A stretch of 16,967 bases of DNA, from contig NW_021824955.1 in the NCBI RefSeq assembly GCF_006345805.1, positions 1-16,967 on the forward strand, given 5' to 3'. The stretch is from Octopus sinensis. Taxonomy: Eukaryota. This document shows positions 9,076-16,967 of this stretch, in pieces. How positions within the stretch are numbered: position 1 is the first letter of the stretch; each line of letters starts with the position of its first letter. Made by a program: the position numbers and the translations under genes. Below the pieces are notes generated by a model that did not search any database, had not been told where the DNA came from, and saw nothing but the letters and a program-made list of their open reading frames with translations.

Positions 9076-9158
9076 TAGTAGTAGTGGTGGTGGTGGTAGT
9101 ACTAGTAGTAGTAGCAGTTGTAGTAGTAGTAGTAGTAGTAGTGGTAGTGGTAGTAGTG

Positions 9159-9204
<46 letters not shown>
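8844..9204. repeat. (GTA)n/(GTG)n trinucleotide microsatellite
   Basis: Direct reading; source of the poly-V and poly-L ORFs. Confidence 0.95.
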
Positions 9205-9205
<1 letters not shown>

Positions 9206-9238
9206 TTATACATGTGTCTGTTATGTTGCATGCATATA

Positions 9239-9850
9239 TCTGTATATATAAAACTCAACTTGTGTGTCTGTGTGTGTATCTGTGTGTGTGTGTCTGTGTG
9301 TTTAACTTCCCGGCACATCTCCTCCTAGCCAACAAATCGTAGAACCACCAAAAATGGGTCACTTAAAGTTTAGGCGAATGAAAAATTGAACTGCGCTATT
9401 TCTGTTCCGAAATTCATCTCGCAAGTGCAAAAATCGATAATGTGTTTGTTTAGGCCTTATCCCATGCATTGAATAGTGAACTTTACTCAGACCGTTGTTT
9501 GACGTGAACTGTGTTCACCACGCGTGCAAGCATGCGTAAATTGCATGAAACATTAAAAAAATCAAGATATAAAAACGAATCGCCATAAACATTGTAGAAA
9601 TTCGGCAAAGAAATGCATTTTCAGGATGTAGCCTGGAGGGTTTTTTCCTTTTAATCGTTTGGACTTTGTGAACACATATTATTTGTATATTGTTTTCATA
9701 ACATTTTTAATGCTTTGTATTAAATGTGACCATTTTGCGTTGAGTCTGCAGTTGAATCACTTTTCACTTATTTTTAGCAGCCGGATTTTTGATCATCATG
9801 ATACATCGCCAGCGACTTCCCTGAAACTCTCCCTGAAATCACCATTGAGA
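9239..9850 (+). mobile_element. Probable non-autonomous Helitron 5' portion (3' boundary uncertain)
   Basis: A|TCTGTATATATAAAACTCAACTTGTGTGTCTG: TC start, TATA run, then a (TG/TCTG) microsatellite, the layout typical of invertebrate non-autonomous Helitrons. The same start recurs at 9853. No hairpin+CTAG of its own was seen. Confidence 0.55.
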
Positions 9851-9852
9851 AA

Positions 9853-9904
9853 TCTATATATATAAAACTCAACTTGTGTGTCTGTATCTCTGTGTGTTTA
9901 ACTT
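9853..9904 (+). mobile_element. Second copy of the same Helitron-type 5' terminus
   Basis: A|TCTATATATATAAAACTCAACTTGTGTGTCTGT...TGTGTGTTTAACTT matches 9239-9308 with a shorter microsatellite. Confidence 0.65.
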
Positions 9905-9954
9905 TTGGATCTACCAAGTTTCATTATTAAGGATGGAAAGTAGTGTGTAGCAAA

Positions 9955-10343
9955 TCTATATATATCAAGCTGAAGTTGTCTGTGTGTGGCAGGTTTGGTA
10001 GCCTTCAACTAACACTATCTCCTTCGAGACCCTGCAGCGCAAGTTGACCAAAATTGAGAGTATGATAGAAGAAGGCTTGCTCTTCATTCTGTAGAAGATA
10101 AAATTCAAATCGGACCATGTTAAGACCAAAAATTATTTACATCAAAAAGGTGCTTTTTTTCTATGAAAATCCCTATTTTTTACGATTTTTGACTGGTGTG
10201 TCACCATTTTTCGGTGTATTTCAACTGGAAAAATGTTCACTTGAAGGGAATAACAAGTTGCATAATGCAAAATTTTTACTTTTCAAAAATTCTAATTCTA
10301 AAGGGTCGAAACAAACCCAAGCAACACCGGGTGATACTACTAG
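9955..10343 (+). mobile_element. Complete non-autonomous Helitron (389 bp)
   Basis: Starts TC after A (9954), ends CTAG before T (10344), no TSD; degenerate subterminal hairpin ACCCAAGCAACACCGGGT (10315-10332) 11 nt from the end. Confidence 0.8.
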
Positions 10344-10411
10344 TATATATATATATATATGTTATGTTACATGCACATATATACATATATAATAGTAGTT
10401 ACAAACTATTA

Positions 10412-10550
10412 ATTTCTTTATTGCCCACAGGAGGCTAAACATAGAGGGGAGGACAATCAAGGACAGACAAAGGGATTAAGTCAATTACATCGACCCCAAT
10501 ACGGAAGTGGTACTTATTTAATCGACCCCGAAAGGAAGAAAGGCGAAGTC
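10412..10550 (-). mobile_element. SINE family B, 5'-truncated, tail type 1
   Basis: Reverse complement of the 3' ~140 bp of copy 1192-1422; 18-bp TSD with 2 mismatches AGTAGTTACAAACTATTA (10394-10411) / AGTTGTTACAAATTATTA (10551-10568). Confidence 0.9.
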
Positions 10551-10739
10551 AGTTGTTACAAATTATTATCATCTTGGTAATGGAAAACAAATCAGATTGT
10601 GGAAACAACAGACGAATCTTGCAGATGAATCTTACTAGAAATATTCTGGTTGATATTCGGTGCAATCATCTCATTTCGCCATCGAAGATTCATATATTCT
10701 GGTCTCATTCTGGTTTTTGATTTTCCCGAAGCTCTAGAG

Positions 10740-11057
10740 CAGGGATCGGCGAACCGGGGTAAAAAAGAAATTCTTGGGGGTAATGAGGAGTCGTTAGACA
10801 TAAGTAAAGTTATATAGAAAATGTGTTCCTTGTTACGACAAAAACTTTTCCTCTGGCATGAGGGGGCAGTCAAAACGTTGCTGCCTTTTCCGACAACCTG
10901 CCTTTGCAAAGAAGTATTTTCCGGTCTAACGAACATAAAACCAAAGCAGAGTAATCGATTGGACCCCGAAGACTGTATCGAAATTACTCTGGTATCTAAA
11001 TGCCCCAATTTTGATGTAATTGTAATAAAAATGAAACATCATTTCTCCAAAACCTGA
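10740..11057 (+). mobile_element. hAT (Charlie/Buster-type) transposon relic: left TIR plus C-terminal dimerisation-domain fragment
   Basis: CTCTAGAG (NTCTAGAN target, 10732-10739) followed by CAGGGATCGGCGAACC; ORF 10821-11057 has AVKTLLPFPTTCLCKEVFSGLTNIKPKQSNRLDPEDCIEITLV, cf. Buster/ZBED5-like LLPFPTTYLCE.GFS....KTK.RNRL. Right TIR not found. Confidence 0.85.
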
Positions 11058-11391
11058 AGTGAAAAAGTTTCTAGAAAAATCCGTTTGTTTCATAATGAGG
11101 AAATTAATTTATTTTATCGCATTTGTGTTAAACTTTTTATATTTATGATATAAATAGATTCAGTAAACCTTTTGAATTCATTCAAAGAATCTATGATTTT
11201 CTTCCCCTTCAAATCGAGATTGCTCGACATTTTAAAACTGATGTAATACATACAGTGTTTAATAAAATGAAGTAGCATGAAACGATTGTACTACACTACC
11301 TTGGATATCCTTGTTGCTTATTATGATTATAATCACCCCATTTGATTTATATGGATAATACCATACCAAATTCTGGTGCCTTTAACTTAAT

Positions 11392-11554
11392 TACCAAGAT
11401 GGAAGGCAGTTTTCAAGTAAAGTTTCCTCTCTGGGATGCTATTATAGATGCTGCTCAATGCATAACACAAGAATATATCATCACCATGATAAATTCAATG
11501 GATCAGCGCGTAAGGTAAGTTATTGCATGTGGAAGATCATGCATCAAACATTAG
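11392..11554 (+). pseudogene. Tc1-like transposase C-terminal fragment
   Basis: Manual translation YQDGRQFSSKVS / frameshift / LWDAIIDAAQCITQEYIITMINSMDQRVR*VIACGRSCIKH*, resembling the Tc1 C-terminus (L..AI..AW..I....I..L..SM..R...VI...G..I). Confidence 0.7.
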
Positions 11555-11790
11555 GAGCTGTATGATATCATAATCCCAGGATTATTTTCATTCGATAAAA
11601 AAGATACTGATAATCTTCAGTTGATCGCACAAAGTTGATTCCCTCAGAATGATTGTACCCAAAACTATAGAATATGGTTCGATTTAAGCTTTATAAAATG
11701 TTAAAAAATATATAAGTATATAAATTGTCGATCACTTCGAAAACTTATGCACTCTCATGCAAATTATGATCACCTAAGTTCAAAACTTAG

Positions 11791-11793
<3 letters not shown>

Positions 11794-11864
<71 letters not shown>
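11794..11864. repeat. (TA)n microsatellite
   Basis: Direct reading. Confidence 0.95.
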
Positions 11865-11869
<5 letters not shown>

Positions 11870-11951
11870 AGCTTAGAGAAGAGGAAGAACGAAACGAAAC
11901 GAAACGAATCGAATCGAATCGACGCGAGGGCGCTCAGTCATACAATAGTGT

Positions 11952-12170
11952 AATAAATAAAATATATGCATACATACAAACATATATGTACGTACCTACA
12001 TCTACATGTATATATACATGCATATATAAATATATATACGTGTGTACAGGACACCACAAATAGACGTAGAACTCAACGAGAAACGAAAAAGTAAAAACAG
12101 CATGGAACGGACCATTTTTTTAACAACGAAAAAACAGAGTACAAGACAACTACACAAGGAAAAATCCCCC
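11952..12170 (-). mobile_element. Interspersed repeat (possibly Penelope-like terminal repeat), copy 1
   Basis: Homologous to 12675-12991 (GTACAGGACACCA..AACAACGAAAAAA.AGAGTACA.GACA..ACAAGGAAAA.TCCCC). Homology is seen directly; the family and strand assignment is inference. Confidence 0.5.
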
Positions 12171-12194
12171 ATCATATATATAACATCGATATTC

Positions 12195-12550
12195 CTCCCT
12201 GTGTTTGTGAAATCTTGTATCTCTGCCGAAAGGTTTCATTTCCACACACGCTAGCTTAATTTAATTCGTCCTTAGTCGAAAGAAACCTGTTGTTATGTTT
12301 TTTTTTATTGTATTTGTAAAACGCTGTCCGCTTTTTCCGTCCTTGTTTTTGTATACATTCGCTGCTTTCTTCCAAGGAATCTAATGCTCTTAGCTTAGTT
12401 TTTCCTTGGGGCTGGCCAGATTAGAGCAATCTCAAGTTTAATCAGCCGAAATTGCGAAGATAATCTGGTACTTGACTGAGGAAGAAAACTTCGAAAGACC
12501 CGTCTTTGTTCTTTGTCTCGTCTATCTGGATGTTTTGTTGTCCCATTTTG

Positions 12551-12555
<5 letters not shown>
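12195..12555 (+). mobile_element. Possible Penelope-like terminal repeat fragment with hammerhead-like core
   Basis: T-rich 3' end running into (TA)n; CTGAGGA..CGAAA motif at 12476-12496. Single copy in the window. Confidence 0.35.
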
Positions 12556-12596
<41 letters not shown>

Positions 12597-12670
12597 ATAT
12601 TAATATATATATATTATATACATATATATATATATATATAATATATATATTATATATATATATATATAAT
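12556..12670. repeat. (TA)n microsatellite
   Basis: Direct reading. Confidence 0.95.
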
Positions 12671-12674
12671 AATT

Positions 12675-13080
12675 AATAAATAAAAAAAACATATGCATAT
12701 ATACATACATATATGTACGTACCCCCTCTACATGTATATATACATGCATATATACATACATATATGTACGTACCCACCTCTACATGTATATATACATGCA
12801 TATATACATACATATATGTACGTACCTACCTCTACATGTATATATACATGCATATATGGGTACAGGACACCAAAAAAAAACGTCGAACACAATGAGAAAC
12901 GAAAGCATAAACACAAAACCAAGGAAATGGACATTTTTCTTAAACAACGAAAAAATAGAGTACAGGACATACAAAACAAGGAAAATTCCCCTTCTTCAGT
13001 CGCCACTGTTTCATCTACTCCGCGTTTCGAAGGTCAAGGAGAGACACGACTCCATTAAAACATTCCTTCCCGCAAAAGGG
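12675..13080 (-). mobile_element. Interspersed repeat (possibly Penelope-like), copy 2, longer
   Basis: Homologous to 11952-12170 up to 12991; contains a 52-bp minisatellite; minus strand carries TTCGAAACGCGGAGTA and GACTGAAGAAG motifs. Confidence 0.5.
12693..12857. repeat. 52-bp minisatellite, ~3.2 copies
   Basis: Unit ATGCATATATACATACATATATGTACGTACCCACCTCTACATGTATATATAC starting at 12693, 12744, 12796 and 12848 (partial). Confidence 0.92.
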
Positions 13081-13379
13081 AAATAAAATAAAATTTGAGA
13101 TTTTTTTGCGGAGGGGTGAAAATGGTAACAAAAACAAGACGTTTTTGTTGCTATTTTTATCCCTCCGCAAAAACAGGACGTTGTGTGTATGTGTGTGTGT
13201 GTGTGTGTGTGTATAAATGAACATATATATTTTTTGTTGTTAGTCTTAGATCAGCCAATACCCGTTTCGTCTTTTCCGTATACATAATGTGTGCAGAATA
13301 CATTATCTAATCTATCTATACTTTTCTTAAGATGTGATCACAGGAAAATTTGGCCAACTATTTTAAAGTTTCTAGTTAG

Positions 13380-14403
13380 AAGAGAAGAAGGTATGAAAGA
13401 GAGTTGGTGATATAGATAGAAAAAGAGAAAGGTAAAAAGAGAGATAAAGAGTGAGAAGAAAGAGAGAGAGAGAGAGAGAGAGAGAAAGAAAGAAAGAGAG
13501 AAAGAAAGAAAGAGAGAGAGAGATAAAGAGTGAGAAAGAGAGAGAGAGAGAGAGAGAGAGAAATGATTGAATGTATATATGAGGGAGTTGGGGTGGTGGT
13601 GAGAGAATGTGATATGCAGAGGTGTAATGAAGAAGTAACTTTAAATCTATGGGGCGGGGCGGGTGGGGTGGGGTGGGTGTGGGGCGGGTGGGGTGGTGGG
13701 TGCGGGTGGGGGTGTGAAAGGCGAGAAAGAGAAGAAGAAGAACAGAGAAAGAGAGTAAAGTATTTAGGAAGATTTTTTTATATGAATGAGGGATAGAGAT
13801 AGAGTGAGAGGGTGTTAGATAAAGTGATCGAAAATAAGAGAGAAGGAAAAGGAAAAGGAAAGGTAGAGAGAAAATAGTGAGACGGGTGGTAGAGGTGAGA
13901 GAGAGAGGGAGTGAGAGTGGTGGTGGGTATTATTATTATTATATGAACGGTAACTTTAACAGAGCGAAAAAAGTTGGAGAAGACGAGAGAGGGAGAGAGA
14001 GAGAGAGGGGGGGGAGAGAGAGGGAGAGAGAGAGATGGGGTGGTGGAGAAAGAGAGAGAAGTTGAGAGGTGTAGGTGGAGGGCTTTATTATACGAACGGT
14101 AACTTTAGCCGAGCGAGAAAGTGGAAGAGAGTAAAAAAAAAGGAAAAAGAAAACGTTAGAGGTGCAGTGACATAGAAAGACAGAGAGAGACACAGAGAGA
14201 CACAGAGAGAGAGAGAGAGACAGAGAGAGAGAGAGAGACAGAGAGAGAGAGAGACACAGAGAGAGAGACACAGAGAGAGAGACACACAGAGAGAGAGACA
14301 CAGAGAGAGAGACACAGAGAGAGAGAGAGGTAGACAGAAAGAAAGAAAGAAAGGATGAAAAGAAAGAAAAGAATGAAGAAAGGGAGGAAGAAAGAAAGAA
14401 AGA
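13380..14403. repeat. Purine-rich tract: (GA)n, (GAAA)n, (GAGACACA)n with a G-rich insert
   Basis: Direct reading; source of the R/E- and L/S-rich pseudo-ORFs. Confidence 0.9.
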
Positions 14404-14739
14404 CTGAGCGGTGTAGGGTTGGTGGGGGCCGTGTTGCAAACGGTAATTTTAACAGACTGTCAACAGTAAAGAAACACAAATAAATAGCGGTAAGTCGAGA
14501 TTTACCTAGTTTTTACTTCATAACGATAAACCTTATGCCTGTCCTAACACAAAACCCCTGTTGTTAACTGATGCTGCTATTGTTATTGTTGTTGTTGTTG
14601 CTGGTAGTAGTAGTGGTTGTGGTGGTGGTGGCGGTGGTGGTCATCTCTAGTGTAAACCTGACCCCCGTATACATTAATACGCTGCTTTATAATTGTGTAT
14701 AGCCCTTCAGGTCAGCCCTGAAACGGTTTACAGACCCGA

Positions 14740-15159
14740 GGCGGCGAGCTGGCAGAAACGTTAGCACGCCGGGCGAAATGCGTAGCCGTATTTCGTCTAT
14801 AGCTACGTTCTGAGTTCAAATTCCGCCGAAGTCGACTTTGCCTTTCATCCTTTTCGGGGGTCGATTAAATAAGTACCAGTTACGCACTGGGGGTCGATAT
14901 AATCGACTTAATCCACGTGTCTGTCTTTGTTTGTCCTCTCTGTGTTTAGCCCCTTGTAGGTAGTAAAGAAATAGGTATTTCATCTGCCACTATGTTCTGA
15001 GTTCAAATTCCGCCGAGGTCGACTTTGCCTTTCATCCTTTCGGGGATCGATTAAATAAGTACCAGTTACGCACTGGAGGTCGATATAATCGACTTTATCC
15101 GTTTGTCTGTCCTTGTTTGTCCTCTCTGTGTTTAGCCCCTTGTGGGTAGTAAAGAAATA
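14740..15159 (+). mobile_element. SINE family B tandem dimer (full unit 14740-14973 + headless unit 14974-15159) within one TSD
   Basis: TSD GGTTTACAGA at 14725-14734 and 15160-15169; the second unit begins at GGTATTTC inside the tRNA-like head. Confidence 0.92.
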
Positions 15160-15580
15160 GGTTTACAGAGCTGAGATACGTAGGGTATTAGGCTGAACGA
15201 CTAGCTGTTATTTTTAACCCCTTACAGGGCCGGCTATTGTTACTGTTTTTTATTGTCTTTGGTTAATTCACCATCCCAGAGATCTAATCCAACTTACCTG
15301 TGGACATACTAATTATGTATATACGTACTAATCTCATTAAGTTATAAAAGTAGTTTATATAATTGATTTTTTAGCTAGACATGGAAAGACATCAGTTAAC
15401 GACACCAATCCCTCTATTTCAATCAAATTTAATTAATTATACTTTACGTGTCCCCACAAAATAAAATTGAAGTAATTATCATTAATACTATTTTCACATA
15501 TTATTATTATTATTATTATCATTATATTATTATTATTATTATCATTATTATTATATTTATTATTATTATAATTATTATTA

Positions 15581-15669
<89 letters not shown>

Positions 15670-15677
15670 ATTATTAA

Positions 15678-15891
15678 GGCAGCGGGTTGTCAGAATCGAC
15701 AGCACGCCGGGTAAAAAAGCTTAACGGCATTTCGTCCGTCGCTTGCGTTCTGGGTTCAAATTCCGCCGAGGTCGACTTTGCCTCTCATCCTTTCGAGGTC
15801 AATAAATTAAGTACCAGTTGAGTACTGAGGTCGATGTAATCAACTAGTCCCTTCCCATCAAGTTTCAGGCATTGTGCCTATAGTAACAAGG
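15678..15891 (+). mobile_element. SINE family B, diverged, tail type 2 ending in (ATT)n
   Basis: Head and body align to other B copies; the 3' end is TTTCAGGCATTGTGCCTATAGTAACAAGG(ATT)n instead of tail type 1. Confidence 0.85.
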
Positions 15892-15935
<44 letters not shown>

Positions 15936-15937
<2 letters not shown>

Positions 15938-15992
15938 TTAATCGACTCAACCCTCCCCCAAAATTGTCACCCTTGTGGCTAAATTTGAAACC
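15936..15992 (+). mobile_element. SINE family B 3' fragment with a third tail variant
   Basis: TAATCGACT + C-rich run + CCTTGTGGCTAAATTTGAAACC(ATT)n. Confidence 0.55.
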
Positions 15993-16047
15993 ATTATTAT
16001 GATTATCATTATTGTTATTATTATTATCATTATTGTTATTGTTATTA

Positions 16048-16108
<61 letters not shown>

Positions 16109-16320
16109 GGCGGCGAGCTGGTAAAATCGTTAGCAGGCCGGGCTAAATGCTTAGCGGTATTTCGTCTGCCGCTACGTTCTGAGTTCAAATTCCGTCGAGG
16201 TCGACTTTGCCTTTCATCCTTTCAGTGTCGATTAAATAAGTACCAGTTACGCAATGGGGTCGATGTAACCGACTTCCCCCCACCCCCACCCCCACCGCCT
16301 TGTACCTATAATAGAAAGGA
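16109..16320 (+). mobile_element. SINE family B, tail type 2
   Basis: GGCGGCGAGCTGG head, B box, ends CCTTGTACCTATAATAGAAAGGATTATT. Confidence 0.9.
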
Positions 16321-16328
16321 TTATTAAA

Positions 16329-16547
16329 GGCGGGGAGTTGGCAGAATCGTTAGCGTGCCGGGCAAAATTGCTTAGCGATATTTCGCACCGTCGCTACGTT
16401 CTGAGTTCAAATTCCGTCGAGGTCAATCAACTTTGCCTTTCATCCTTTTGAGATCGATAAATTAAGTACCAGTTACGCACTGGAGTCGATGTGATGGATA
16501 TTCCTCCTCCCCCACAAATCCCAGGCCGTGTGCCTATAGTGGAAAGG
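16329..16547 (+). mobile_element. SINE family B, tail type 2, head-to-tail with the previous copy
   Basis: GGCGGGGAGTTGGCAGAATCGTTAGC head, B box, ends GTGCCTATAGTGGAAAGG(ATT)n. Confidence 0.9.
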
Positions 16548-16584
16548 ATTATTATTATCATTATTATTATTATTATTATTATTA

Positions 16585-16616
<32 letters not shown>

Positions 16617-16629
16617 TATTATTATTATT

Positions 16630-16736
16630 GAGTGAGAGAGCAGTTCATGCCATCAAAGTGACACTGGGGTAAAATATAGGAAGCCTAATATACCCACATG
16701 ACTACCCGTCTGATAAGGGTACACCAGGCACATGCA

Positions 16737-16739
<3 letters not shown>
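16630..16739 (-). mobile_element. Short unique island in (ATT)n, possibly the extreme 3' end of a (TAA)n-tailed retroelement
   Basis: 110 bp of complex sequence flanked on both sides by (ATT)n; resembles a recalled octopus repeat. Orientation and class are inferred. Confidence 0.35.
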
Positions 16740-16798
<59 letters not shown>

Positions 16799-16967
16799 GA
16801 GAAATCAATGAATAATTGAAATGTTTTGATTGACGACATTATAACGGGTACATCACGCTTCTAAATGATCTGTTTATGTATGAGTGTGTGTGTGCATGCG
16901 TGTCTGTATGTACGTGTATGTATGTTTATGTAAGTATAAATGCATGTGTATATATATATAGGCGTGT

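Larger units (their letters stand above)
15500..16798. repeat. (ATT)n/(GTT)n microsatellite field interrupted by several retroelements
   Basis: Direct reading; source of the poly-N and poly-I ORFs. Confidence 0.95.

Noticed and set aside
8911-9318. Poly-Leu and poly-Val ORFs
   Set aside because: Translations of the (GTA)n/(GTG)n microsatellite.
10592-11008. 138-aa minus-strand ORF
   Set aside because: Mostly antisense to the hAT relic and crosses its TIR boundary; no motif recognised.
12693-12857. CRISPR-like regularly spaced palindromic repeats
   Set aside because: Units are contiguous with no unique spacers, the context is eukaryotic, and there are no cas genes.
14491-14510. Helitron 3' end (GGTAA..TTACC hairpin + CTAGT)
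   Set aside because: The hairpin is weak and overlaps the CTAG instead of lying ~11 nt upstream; no matching 5' end identified.
15433-15714. Poly-Asn and poly-Ile ORFs
   Set aside because: Translations of the (ATT)n/(GTT)n microsatellite.

Overview
AT-rich, microsatellite-dense eukaryotic DNA with no supportable host protein-coding gene; nearly all ORFs in the track are translations of simple repeats or SINEs. The repeat content resembles an octopus (cephalopod) intergenic or intronic region, an inference from recalled repeat families and not from a search. Contents: two tRNA-derived SINE families (family B: six + strand insertions, one of them dimeric, plus a truncated - strand copy and a tail fragment, four with target-site duplications; family A: four pieces), a decayed Helitron Rep/helicase fragment, one complete non-autonomous Helitron plus extra Helitron 5' ends, a 421-bp MITE with a 6-bp TSD and telomere-like motif, a 5'-truncated CR1-type LINE, hAT (Charlie/Buster) and Tc1 transposase relics, Penelope-like repeats with a hammerhead-like core, and a near-perfect palindrome with 105-107-bp arms. 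I see no clear novel protein-coding system. The most interesting signals concern mobile-element biology: SINE dimer formation, tail swapping, (ATT)n targeting, a hairpin shared between SINE families, stacked Helitron termini and a young fold-back.
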